DNA from: Actinomycetota bacterium
Lineage (GTDB): Bacteria > Actinomycetota > Acidimicrobiia > IMCC26256 > JACDBD01
Length of the DNA stretch: 54,451 nucleotides
Reading direction: 5' to 3'
NCBI GenBank assembly: GCA_046724435.1
Contig: JBKOWN010000070.1
Location: 1-54,451 of the forward strand
In this document: piece by piece, positions 18,608-32,226 of the stretch
Numbering within the stretch: the stretch's first letter is position 1
How the letters are laid out: every line of letters begins with the position of its first letter
The notes under the pieces: generated by a model
Databases searched by the model: none
Told to the model about the DNA's origin: nothing
The model's input: the letters and a program-made list of their open reading frames with translations, nothing else
Program-made: the position numbers and the translations under genes

Positions 18608-19030
18608 ATGCCCACCAGACGCGAGGCTCGGGAGCGAGCCCTGAGCCTCTGCTATGAGGCCGACGTGCGCGGCCTCGACGCGGACGAGTTGCTCAGCGAG
18701 CTGCCGGCGCCGCCCGACGAGTACGCGGAGGCGATCGTGCGCGGGGTGGAGGCGCATCGCGACGAGGTCGACGTGATCCTGCGCAAGGTCTCCGAACACT
18801 GGGCGCTCGAGCGCATGCCGCTCGTGGATCGCGCCTTGCTCCGCATCGGCTGCTACGAGCTCGGCTGGCAGCCGCAGCTGCCGACCGGTGTCGTCATCAG
18901 CGAGGCCGTCGAGTTGGCGAAGCAGTATTCGACGAAGGACTCGGGTCGGTTCGTGAACGGGATGCTGGGCCGCATCGCCGAGGACCTACGGGGACAGGCG
19001 CCCGAGACGCCCGAGCAGCCGGCTTCATGA
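18608..19030 (+). CDS. nusB: transcription antitermination factor NusB
   Basis: 140 aa. Motifs '[17 protein letters not shown]' and '[18 protein letters not shown]'. Position after efp is conserved. Confidence 0.93.
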   Translation: MPTRREARERALSLCYEADVRGLDADELLSELPAPPDEYAEAIVRGVEAHRDEVDVILRKVSEHWALERMPLVDRALLRIGCYELGWQPQLPTGVVISEAVELAKQYSTKDSGRFVNGMLGRIAEDLRGQAPETPEQPAS

Positions 19031-19317
19031 GCACCGCGCCCCTCGAGGTCGAGGAGCCGCTCACCGACGAGGCGATCGGGACCGACCGCCCGTGGATTGT
19101 GATCGTGTGGAACGACCCCGTGAACCTCATGAGCTACGTCGTCTACGTGTTCCAGAAGCTGTTCGGCTATTCCCGCGAGAAGGCCACGCGGCTCATGCTG
19201 CAGGTGCACCACGAAGGCAAGGCGGCGGTGTCGGAGGGGACGCGCGAGAAGGCCGAGGCCGACGTCGCCCGCCTGCACGCGCACGGGCTCTGGGCGACCA
19301 TGGAGCACCCGTCGTGA
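19027..19317 (+). CDS. clpS: ATP-dependent Clp protease adaptor ClpS
   Basis: 96 aa. Block '[44 protein letters not shown]'. Confidence 0.93.
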   Translation: MSTAPLEVEEPLTDEAIGTDRPWIVIVWNDPVNLMSYVVYVFQKLFGYSREKATRLMLQVHHEGKAAVSEGTREKAEADVARLHAHGLWATMEHPS

Positions 19318-19814
19318 GCCCGCAGGTCGACCGCCGCGGCGATGCGGTCGTGGTCACGCTCGAGTCGAACGAGGTGGAGCTCCTGCGCACGATCCCCGAC
19401 GAAGTCCGCGGCGCGCTCGCGGAGCCCTCTTCCAAGGACGACCCGGTTCACAACCGGCTCTTCCCGTCCGCGTACCTGGATCCGACCGAGGAGAGCGCCG
19501 AGCAGGAGTGGCAGGAGCTCGTGCATCCCGAGCTGCTGCAATCGCGGCTCGCCGCTCTCGAGCTCGTCTCGGCGACGCTGGACCGCGCCACGACCAGGCG
19601 CGGTCACAGCGAGGTCGAGCTCGCCCCCGAAGAGGTCGATGCATGGCTGAGCGTCATCAACGACGCTCGCCTCACACTCGGCACCCGGCTGGGCGTCACC
19701 GAGGACGTCGAGGCCGAGACCCTCGATCCGTCCGACCCCGAGGCCGCTGCGCACGCCGTGTACGGCTGGCTCACCTGGTTCGAGAACGACCTCGTGGAGA
19801 CCCTGCTCGGCTGA
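19314..19814 (+). CDS. DUF2017 domain protein (conserved ClpS neighbour)
   Basis: GTG 19314 overlaps the clpS stop (GTGA). 166 aa, acidic, with '[26 protein letters not shown]'. The family assignment is from memory of ClpS-linked DUF2017 proteins. Confidence 0.7.
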   Translation: MSPQVDRRGDAVVVTLESNEVELLRTIPDEVRGALAEPSSKDDPVHNRLFPSAYLDPTEESAEQEWQELVHPELLQSRLAALELVSATLDRATTRRGHSEVELAPEEVDAWLSVINDARLTLGTRLGVTEDVEAETLDPSDPEAAAHAVYGWLTWFENDLVETLLG

Positions 19815-19855
19815 TCGCAGGCACACAGCGGAATGCGCGGCGCAGTGATCCAGAC

Positions 19856-20674
19856 CTAATCGTCGTCGCGCCAGGACACGCGATACGCGGTCACGGGGTC
19901 TGGCAGCCCCTTCAGCTCCACGAGGCCTGCATCGTCGAAGCGGAACTGCTTCCCGACGGACAATTCCCGCACCGCAACAGACGCCACGATCTCGCCCGCC
20001 GACGCGAAATCACAAAGCCGGGCCGCCAGTTGCACGGCCGCGCCGAACAGGTCGTCACTGTCATCTGTGACCGGCTCGCCAGCGCTGATGCCGATCTTGA
20101 CATCGAGAGGAACCGCCCCCGACTGGTTGTGCTCACGGAAGCCTCGCTGCGCTCCGACCGCGAAGGCCACGGCCGAAGCGACGGAAGTGAACGCCGCCAT
20201 GATTCCGTCGCCCGTGTGCTTGACCTCGCGCCCGGCATGGATCGCGAGCTCGTCGCGCACGATCTTGTTGTGAACGCGCAGGACCTCAAAGTGCCCGTCA
20301 TCTCCGAGCCGGGAAGTTTGCTCGACGGACCCCGCGAGGTCGGTGAACAGGATCGCTCGCATCGCCGGCGCGGCGTACGGCGTCCCGAGCGAAAACTCCG
20401 GCCGACTGCCGAGCAACTCGTTCAGCGGCACGTTCGGAGTGATCTCGAGGATCGTCCCAGCCAGGAGACCATGCGCTTCCTGATGCACCTCCTCGAGAGC
20501 CTGCTTGCTCGGCCCTTCGGCGAGGCAGAACACCGAACCGTTGTCCGGATCGAACCAGTACGTGTGGAAACGCACGCCATGCTTCTCTTCAACTTCGACG
20601 TCCCGGGTGTGCGCGTCGGCGACCTCCTCCGGAGCGGCTCCGGGCAGGTCATGGCGGTCGATGTACTGAGGCAC
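19856..20674 (-). CDS. DUF4242 (SCO4226-like) domain fused to a class III adenylate/guanylate cyclase catalytic domain
   Basis: 272 aa. N-terminal part: 'MPQYIDRHDLPGAAPEEVADAHTRDVEVEEKHGVRFHTYWFDPDNGSVFCLAEGPSKQALEEVHQEAHGL'. Cyclase motifs: 'ILFTDLAGS', 'VKHTGDGIMAAF', 'KIGISAGEPV' and 'DDLFGAAVQLAARL'. Confidence 0.8.
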   Translation of the reverse strand: MPQYIDRHDLPGAAPEEVADAHTRDVEVEEKHGVRFHTYWFDPDNGSVFCLAEGPSKQALEEVHQEAHGLLAGTILEITPNVPLNELLGSRPEFSLGTPYAAPAMRAILFTDLAGSVEQTSRLGDDGHFEVLRVHNKIVRDELAIHAGREVKHTGDGIMAAFTSVASAVAFAVGAQRGFREHNQSGAVPLDVKIGISAGEPVTDDSDDLFGAAVQLAARLCDFASAGEIVASVAVRELSVGKQFRFDDAGLVELKGLPDPVTAYRVSWRDDD

Positions 20675-20794
20675 TGCGTGAGCATACGGTGGGCAGAGCG
20701 TGAGATGCCTTCGAGCCGGTCATGACCCCAACCGCCGAGAATGCGGTGTGACTTGACAGGCAGGGCTCTGTAGAGGGCCGCCTATCATGCGCGA

Positions 20795-21922
20795 ATGGAA
20801 GCGGCCGCAGCTCGTTCGCCATCCAACCACCGCCTCGGTCTTGATGAGGATGAGGCCGAAGAGGTCATCCAGGTGGCGAGGGGCATTGCGACTGCAGTTG
20901 CGCCCGACGGTGGCTTGACCGATGTGCAGGCTGCGCTCCTCGAGGCGATCGCCAGCGCCCTTACTCAAGTCGAGGTCGACTACCACCACCTGGAGCCTCT
21001 GGGGCCCGAGGAGATGGCGGGTGTCCTGGAGGGCCGCGACCAGCGTTTCCGCCAGCGCATCATCCACCACATGGTCCTCGGGGAGCTCGTCCTGCGGCCG
21101 CTTCCGACAGAGGTGGCGTTGCGCGTGGCGAGATACGCGCAGGTGCTCGGGGTCGATGATCGGTTCGTGCGCGTCGCCCGCCGCTACGCGCAGGGGGCGT
21201 TCGGACTGGCATGGATGGACTTGCAGCGCAGCGGGTTCACCGAGCACGTTCGCCGAGCCGACACGGCCGAGCTCCGGTCGGCGGGGGAGGTGCCGGGCCC
21301 TTTTGCCGCGGCGGAACTCGATCCCGAGCTCGAGGCGCGCTGGGAAGCCTTGCGCGAGCTGCCTGAGGGATCGCTCGGTCGGGCCGTGTGGGAGTTGTAT
21401 GACAGCCGGGGTTTCGCGCTGCCCGGCACCGCGACAGGCGCCTCCGCCTACCTCGCGCAGCACGATTTCGTCCACGTGCTCGCTGACTACGGGACCAACC
21501 TCAAGGGTGAGCTGGAGGTGTTCGCGTTCATCGGACGCGCCGACCCGGACCCCAAGGGATTCGCCTGGCTCGCGACGCTGATCGGGCTTTTCGAGACCGG
21601 CTACATCGCGGATACCGGCTTCTTCGAGCGGGACGTTCGGGAACGCAATATCCAGGCGCCCGGCATGCACCGCCGAATCGCAGATGCCATTCGGCGAGGC
21701 AAGGCTGTGAGCGAGAGCTACGGCACCGACCTCTTCGAAGTCGATTACCACGAAATAGCGAACTGGCCCGTTAGCGAGGCCCGCTCGGCGCTGCGCGTAC
21801 CCGAGAAGTCGCCCGAAGCCCTCGTGAATGGCTCGGCGGGCGCCTTCGAGCGGGCTGGCATGTCAGAGCTGCAGCGAAGAATCGCGGACGAGCGTGCGCC
21901 GCGCGCACGGAAGAACTCGTGA
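20795..21922 (+). CDS. two-domain hypothetical protein: TerB-like N-terminal region plus Coq4-like C-terminal domain
   Basis: 375 aa. The N-terminal helical part has 'VAPDGGLTDVQAALLEAIASAL' (ADG..E, TerB-like; tentative). The C-terminal part has 'AYLAQHDFVHVLADYGTNLKGELEVFAF', which is HDxxH-x11-E, the Coq4 family metal-ligand signature. Confidence 0.6.
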   Translation: MEAAAARSPSNHRLGLDEDEAEEVIQVARGIATAVAPDGGLTDVQAALLEAIASALTQVEVDYHHLEPLGPEEMAGVLEGRDQRFRQRIIHHMVLGELVLRPLPTEVALRVARYAQVLGVDDRFVRVARRYAQGAFGLAWMDLQRSGFTEHVRRADTAELRSAGEVPGPFAAAELDPELEARWEALRELPEGSLGRAVWELYDSRGFALPGTATGASAYLAQHDFVHVLADYGTNLKGELEVFAFIGRADPDPKGFAWLATLIGLFETGYIADTGFFERDVRERNIQAPGMHRRIADAIRRGKAVSESYGTDLFEVDYHEIANWPVSEARSALRVPEKSPEALVNGSAGAFERAGMSELQRRIADERAPRARKNS

Positions 21923-22239
21923 ACTTCACGCAGACGATCTCAGTCCGCTCCGACGACCCGGACGGTCTCGTGCAGCTCCTTGTGAACTGGGACAGGGAGC
22001 AAGCGGACACGGACATCATGGGGTACGTGGGGACTCATGTGCTCGCGGACCGCGACAACCAAGGCCACTACCTGATCATCGCCGAGTTCGCGGTCGTGGA
22101 ACCCGATGTGTCGGCCGCCGAGGAAGCCGCGCGCAACAACGAGCGACCCGAGACCAAGGCTTGGGCGAGGAAGCTCCTCGAGGTCATCGAGGGTGAACCC
22201 GTGTATCACCACTACGACGAGCTCTACCGGACAGGCTGA
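21919..22239 (+). CDS. small ferredoxin-fold protein (antibiotic-biosynthesis-monooxygenase/Dabb-like)
   Basis: GTGA overlap with the preceding gene. 106 aa. The size and the 'GHYLIIAEFAVVE...KAWARKL' pattern resemble ABM-domain proteins. The assignment is tentative. Confidence 0.5.
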   Translation: MNFTQTISVRSDDPDGLVQLLVNWDREQADTDIMGYVGTHVLADRDNQGHYLIIAEFAVVEPDVSAAEEAARNNERPETKAWARKLLEVIEGEPVYHHYDELYRTG

Positions 22240-22241
22240 GC

Positions 22242-22640
22242 TCAGCTTGGTGGGGCGAAGAACTCGAGTGCGACGCCGTCGGGGTCACGAAAGCTCACGC
22301 CTGAGCCGTACGTCGCGTCCTTGATCCCACCGTGCTGAATGCCGAGCTCGTCGAGGCGACGTTCCCACTGCTCGAGCTCCCCGCGGTTTGCGCAGCCGAA
22401 GCTGACGTGGTCGAGGCCAACCCGGTACTCGCTGAAGGTCTCGCCGGGTGGGGGCGTCTTGTGCTGGTGGACTCCGAAGAGCGTGCCGTTGCCGAGCATG
22501 TAGACGGTGTGATGGAAGTCGGGGTCCGTATCCTCGTCCAGCACCGGCTTCGCATCGAACAGCGCCTCGTACCACGGCACACTCACGGACAGGTCGCGCA
22601 CGGTCACTGCCACGTGCGTCAGCGGTGGAAACTCTGCCAC
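22242..22640 (-). CDS. VOC family (glyoxalase/bleomycin-resistance/dioxygenase fold) protein
   Basis: 132 aa. 'LTHVAVTVRDLSVSVPWYEALFDAKPV' and 'GLDHVSFGCANRGELEQWERRLDELGIQHGGI' are typical paired beta-alpha-beta-beta-beta VOC modules. Confidence 0.8.
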   Translation of the reverse strand: MAEFPPLTHVAVTVRDLSVSVPWYEALFDAKPVLDEDTDPDFHHTVYMLGNGTLFGVHQHKTPPPGETFSEYRVGLDHVSFGCANRGELEQWERRLDELGIQHGGIKDATYGSGVSFRDPDGVALEFFAPPS

Positions 22641-22761
22641 GAGTCACTCCTGTCGGCCGGCTCGACCGTAGTTCCTACACGATCCCGCGCCGTCTGTCGC
22701 CACCTGCCTTCGATGCCCGCACAGAGCGGCGATTCCATGAAGACGGCTCGGCGCGCACAGG

Positions 22762-22770
22762 TGCTAGCAT
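22762..22770 (+). promoter_or_regulatory. candidate extended -10 promoter element for the pyr operon
   Basis: TGcTAGCAT (TGn plus TAGCAT). No convincing -35 hexamer. Confidence 0.3.
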
Positions 22771-22785
22771 GGCCAAGGCCGTGAA

Positions 22786-22805
22786 GGGGATCCTGCGAGG
22801 TTCCC
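22786..22805 (+). promoter_or_regulatory. candidate PyrR-binding loop
   Basis: GGGGA (22786-22790) pairs with TTCCC (22801-22805). The loop UCCUGCGAGG resembles the PyrR binding-loop core UCCAGAGAGG (about 11 of 14 to ARUCCAGAGAGGYU, recalled from memory). It sits just upstream of GGAGG (22808-22812). Confidence 0.35.
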
Positions 22806-22817
22806 ACGGAGGATTGA

Positions 22818-24371
<1,554 letters not shown>

Positions 24372-24379
<8 letters not shown>

Positions 24380-25670
24380 CCGTCCGGACGAGTTCGTGAT
24401 CAGAGGCGGACGCGTCGTCGACGAAACCGGCGACCGCGTCGCGGACGTCCTCGTCCAAGGCGGCGTCGTGGCCGGCGTGGGACGGCGTGTCGAAGGCGCG
24501 CCCGTGCTCGATGCCGCCGGCTGCCTCGTCGTGCCCGGGCTCGTCGACCTGCACGCGCACCTGCGCGAGCCCGGCGACGAGGAGGCGGAGACGATCGAAA
24601 CCGGCGCCCGCGCCGCCGCCCTCGGCGGCTTCACAGCCGTCGTCGCCATGCCGAACACCGAGCCGCCCCTCGACGACGCCGCTGTCGTCGCGTCGGTGCT
24701 CGCCTCGGGCCGCGAAGCCACGTGCGACGTCGCGTCGGCGGGCTGCATCACCAAGGGTCGTCGCGGCGAGGAGCTCGCGCCGATGGGGGAGCTGCACGCG
24801 CTCGGGGTCCGCATCTTCACCGACGACGGGACGTGTGTCGCCGATGCCGGCGTCATGCGGCGAGCCCTCGAGTACGCGGGTGCGCTGCCCGGCGCCCTGG
24901 TCGCCCAGCACGCCGAAGACCCGACACTCTCGGCCGGCGGCCACATGCACGAAGGCGCGTGGTCCAGCCGACTCGGGATCCCGGGCCGGCCGGAAGCGGC
25001 CGAGGCCGCCGTGGTCGCCCGCGACGTGTTGCTCGCCGAGCTCACGGGGACGCCCGTCCACTTCCTCCACCTGTCGACCGCCGCCGCCCTCGAACTCGTG
25101 CGCGAGGCGAAATCCCGGGGTGTCCCGGTTACGGCCGAGGTCGCGCCGCACCACTTCACGCTCACCGACGCCGAGTGCCGGACGTTCGACCCCGCGTTCA
25201 AGGTCCACCCGCCCCTCCGCACCGAGGCCGACGTGGCGGCGGTGAGGGCGGCGCTCGCCGACGGCACGATCGACGCCATCGCGACCGACCACGCGCCCCA
25301 CGTGCCCGAGGCCAAGGAGCGCCCGTTCGAGGAGGCGCCGCCGGGGATGCTCGGCCTCGAGACCGCGTTCGCGCTCACGCTCAGCGAGCTCGTCGACCCG
25401 GGCGTGCTCGACCTCGTCGGCGCGCTGGCGTGCCTCTCGTGGCAGCCGGCGGCGATCGCGGGGCTCGACGCCCACGGAGGGCCGGTCGAGCCGGGCCGGC
25501 CCGCCAACCTCTGCGTCGTGGACCCCGCCGTCCGCTGGGTGGTCGACCCGACCCGGCTCGCCAGCCGGTCGCGCAACACACCCTACGCCGGCCGAAAGCT
25601 CACGGGCCGCGTACGTCACACGATCCTGCGTGGCGAGCCGGTCGTCGTCGACGGCATCGCGCAACGATGA
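24372..25670 (+). CDS. pyrC: dihydroorotase
   Basis: TTG start overlapping the pyrB end. Motifs '[13 protein letters not shown]' and 'IATDHAPH'. Confidence 0.93.
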
Positions 25671-26764
25671 GCCGCGACGCGCTCCTCGTGCTGTCCGACG
25701 GGGCCGTCTTCGAAGGCGAGGCCGTCGGCTACGTCCCCGAGTCGAGTGTTGCGACGGGCGAGGTCGTGTTCAACACCGCGCTCTCCGGTTACCAGGAGAT
25801 CCTCACCGACCCCTCGTACGCAGGGCAGATGATCACCTTCACGTACCCGCACATCGGGAACTACGGCGTGAACCCCGACGACGTCGAGAGCCGCCGACCC
25901 TTCTGCGCCGGTGTCCTGGTCCGCGACCTGGCGCGCCGACCCAGCAACTGGCGCGCCACCGAGAGCCTGGACGAATTCCTGCACCGCCATCGCGTGCCCG
26001 GCATCGCCGGTATCGACACCCGGCGGCTCACGCGTCATCTCCGCGACGCGGGCGCGCTGCCGGGCGCGTTCGGAACCGACGAGTCCCTGGTGCGCGCGGC
26101 GGCGTCCGCGACGGCGACGACCGACGGGCGTGATCTCGTCGCCGGCGTCACGACCGAGCAGCCGTATACGGCCGGCGATCCCGACGCCATGTTCCATGTC
26201 GTCGCCTACGACTTCGGCATCAAAGCGACCATCCTGCGCCACCTCGCCGACGTGGGCTGTTTCCTCGAGATCGTTCCGGCCTCGACACCGGCCGCCGACG
26301 TGCTCGCCCGGCGGCCGGACGGCGTGTTCCTGTCCAACGGGCCCGGCGACCCTGCCGCGGTCGCCGGCGCGGCCGACACCGTCGCCGGGCTCCTCGGTGA
26401 GGTACCGGTGTTCGGCATCTGCCTCGGTCACCAGATCCTCGGGCTCGCGCTCGGCGCGCAGACGTACAAACTGCGCTTCGGTCATCACGGCGCCAACCAT
26501 CCGGTGCGTCACGAGTCGACGGGCCGGGTCGAGATCACCAGCCAGAACCACAACTACGCCGTCGACCTCGACACGCTGCGCGGCGCCGCCGTCACGCACG
26601 TCAACCTCAACGACGGTGTCGTCGAGGGCTTCCGCGTGCTCGACGCGCCCGCGTTCGGGGTCCAGTACCACCCCGAGGCCGGCCCGGGCCCGCACGACGC
26701 GTCCTACCTGTTCGACTCGTTCACCAACCTCATGGCGGGCGCCGCAATGTCGGGAGCGGGGTAG
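25667..26764 (+). CDS. carA: carbamoyl-phosphate synthase small (glutaminase) subunit
   Basis: ATGA overlap with pyrC. Motifs '[22 protein letters not shown]', '[14 protein letters not shown]' (Cys nucleophile) and 'GVQYHPEA'. Confidence 0.95.
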   Translation: MSRDALLVLSDGAVFEGEAVGYVPESSVATGEVVFNTALSGYQEILTDPSYAGQMITFTYPHIGNYGVNPDDVESRRPFCAGVLVRDLARRPSNWRATESLDEFLHRHRVPGIAGIDTRRLTRHLRDAGALPGAFGTDESLVRAAASATATTDGRDLVAGVTTEQPYTAGDPDAMFHVVAYDFGIKATILRHLADVGCFLEIVPASTPAADVLARRPDGVFLSNGPGDPAAVAGAADTVAGLLGEVPVFGICLGHQILGLALGAQTYKLRFGHHGANHPVRHESTGRVEITSQNHNYAVDLDTLRGAAVTHVNLNDGVVEGFRVLDAPAFGVQYHPEAGPGPHDASYLFDSFTNLMAGAAMSGAG

Positions 26765-26768
26765 GCCG

Positions 26769-30088
<3,320 letters not shown>

Positions 30089-30089
<1 letters not shown>

Positions 30090-31048
30090 TGGCGCGCCTC
30101 CGTCGACGTCCCAAAGCCGCGGAGGTGGACACGCGCGTGCAGCTCGGGCCTGTCGAGCTGCCAAACCCGATCGTCGCCGCCTCGGGCACGTTCGGCCACG
30201 GCGACGAGCTGGCGCGCCAATGCGATCCGGCGCGTCTCGGCGCGGTGACGACGAAGTCGCTGGCGCCGTACGAGTGGCCCGGCAACCCCCCGCCCCGCTT
30301 GCACATGACCGCCGCCGGCATGCTCAACGCCGTCGGCCTGCAAGGTCCCGGCGTCGAGCACTGGGTGGACGACGACCTGCCTGCGCTGCGCGCTCGCGGC
30401 GCACGCGTCATCGCATCCGTGTGGGGCCGTTCCACGGAGGAGTTCGGTCGGGCCGCGAAACTGCTCACGCCGGCGCGAGAGGAGCTTGTCGCGGTCGAGG
30501 TCAATGTCAGCTGTCCGAACCTGGAGGACCGGTCGACGATGTTCGCGCACTCGGCAGCAACCACGGCCGGGGCGACGACCGCGGTGCTCGACGCCGACCT
30601 CGAGCTCCCGGTCTTCGTGAAGCTCTCGCCCAACGTCACCGACCTCCGCGAGATCGCCGCCGCCGCGTTGGGCGCGGGCGCCACCGGCCTCACGCTGGTC
30701 AACACCCTCCTCGGCCTCGTCGTGGACGCCGAGCACCGCCGTCCCGCCCTCGGTGCCGGCGGCGGCGGCCTGTCGGGCCCCGCCATCAAACCCGTCGCGC
30801 TCCGCGCCGTGCACGACGTCGCCCGCGCGTACCCCGGGGTGCCGATCATCGGGACCGGGGGCGTCACGACCGGGGTCGACGCCGTCGAGATGCTCCTCGC
30901 GGGAGCGAGCGCGGCCGGCGTGGGGACGGCCACCTTCCAGGACCCGCGTGCGTGCCTGCGCGTGCTCGACGACCTCGTCCGCTGGTGCGCGAGTCGTGGC
31001 GTCACGAGAGTCGCCGACCTCACGGGCGCGCTCGAGGATCCCTCGTGA
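30089..31048 (+). CDS. pyrD: dihydroorotate dehydrogenase, class 1 type
   Basis: ATG 30089 shares one base with the carB TGA. Motifs 'NPIVAASGTFG', 'VNVSCPN' (Cys base) and 'GLSGPAIKP'. No N-terminal membrane anchor. Confidence 0.9.
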
Positions 31049-31749
31049 CCGACGTTCGCGACCGGCTCGCGCTCGCCCTCGACGTCGGTGGGGCGGCGGA
31101 GGCCGAGCGGGTCGCTCGCCGGTTGGCGCCCTGGTTCGGGATCGCCAAGGTGGGGCTGGAACTGTACGGCGAGGCCGGCCCCGACATCTTCGAACGGTTG
31201 CGCGCGCTCGGGCTGGCCATCTTCGCCGACCTGAAGCTCTACGACATCCCGACCACCGTCGAACGGGCGGCCCGCGTGCTGGGTCGCCGTGGTGTGGAGT
31301 TCCTGAACTTCCCGGCGGCGGGCGGCACCGCCATGCTCGAAGCGGGCGTCACGGGCCTCGCCGAGGGCGCACGGGAAGGTGGGCACCAGTCGCCGCGCGC
31401 GTTGGCCGTGACCGTCCTCACCAGCGAGACGGACGTCTCCGCCTTCGAGGCCCGGCTCGAAGCGGCGGCCATCGCCGGCTGCGACGGCGTCGTGTGCTCG
31501 GCGCACGAGATCGCGGCGGTGAAGGCACGCGCCGCGTGCCTCGCGACGATGGTGCCCGGCATTCGGCTCCCCGGAACGGCCCGGGACGACCAGGCCCGGG
31601 TGGCGACGCCGGCGGAAGCGTTCGGGCAGGGCGCGGACTGGCTCGTCATCGGTCGGGCGGTCACCGCCGCCGGCGACCCCGAGAACGCCGCCGACGCGAT
31701 CACGCGCGACGCTGCCAGCCCCCTTGCGCGCCGAGCACACACGCGCTAA
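31045..31749 (+). CDS. pyrF: orotidine 5'-phosphate decarboxylase
   Basis: GTGA overlap with pyrD. Motifs 'RLALALDVG' and 'ADLKLYDIPTTV' (DxKxxDIP). 234 aa. Confidence 0.92.
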   Translation: MTDVRDRLALALDVGGAAEAERVARRLAPWFGIAKVGLELYGEAGPDIFERLRALGLAIFADLKLYDIPTTVERAARVLGRRGVEFLNFPAAGGTAMLEAGVTGLAEGAREGGHQSPRALAVTVLTSETDVSAFEARLEAAAIAGCDGVVCSAHEIAAVKARAACLATMVPGIRLPGTARDDQARVATPAEAFGQGADWLVIGRAVTAAGDPENAADAITRDAASPLARRAHTR

Positions 31750-31769
31750 CGCGCGATCGACGCGGCCGG

Positions 31770-31797
31770 TTGATCGCACAAGTCCGCTGCCTATACT
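31770..31797 (+). promoter_or_regulatory. sigma-A-type promoter candidate for the mihF-gmk-rpoZ-coaBC-metK-priA operon
   Basis: TTGATC (31770-31775), 16-nt spacer, TATACT (31792-31797), in the 149-nt gap after pyrF. GGAGG lies upstream of the mihF ATG. Confidence 0.55.
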
Positions 31798-31898
31798 GAC
31801 GCCGTCCTCGGGCTGTGCGGCACTGCAGGGAGCGGACGTCCGTGACGGCCTGAACCAACCGAGCTCGTCTGCTCGCCCGAGTTGGAGGTCCGTTCCCG

Positions 31899-32213
31899 AT
31901 GCCCCTCCCGCCCTCGCTCACCCCGGAGCAGCGCCAAGCTGCGCTCGAGAAAGCGGCCGTGGCCCGGCGCCAGCGCGCCGAGGTGAAGGAGAAGCTCAAG
32001 GCGAACTCGCTGACCCTGGCCGAGCTGTTCGAGCAGAGCGACGGCGACGAGACGCTCGCCAAGCTGAAGGTCGTGAGCGTCCTCGAGTCCCTGCCCGGCG
32101 TCGGCAAGGTACGGGCGCGCCGGCTCATGGAGGAGCTCGACATCAGCGAGAGCCGACGCCTGCGCGGTCTCGGTCGCAACCAGCGCGAAGCGCTGCTCAA
32201 GCGCTTCGGCTGA
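31899..32213 (+). CDS. mihF: integration host factor, actinobacterial type (mIHF)
   Basis: 104 aa. 'LTPEQRQAALEKAAVARRQRAEVKEKLK...VLESLPGVGKVRARRLMEEL' is typical of MihF. It precedes gmk and rpoZ as in other actinobacteria. Confidence 0.92.
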   Translation: MPLPPSLTPEQRQAALEKAAVARRQRAEVKEKLKANSLTLAELFEQSDGDETLAKLKVVSVLESLPGVGKVRARRLMEELDISESRRLRGLGRNQREALLKRFG

Positions 32214-32226
32214 TCGGCGGCACGCC

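Noticed and set aside
22235-22246. A perfect 12-bp palindrome, GCTGAGCTCAGC, spanning the stop codons of the convergent ABM-like and VOC genes.
   Set aside because: It is short and contains a SacI-type GAGCTC core that is common at this GC content. It is most simply explained by two facing stop codons. It has no flanking stem extension or T-tract.
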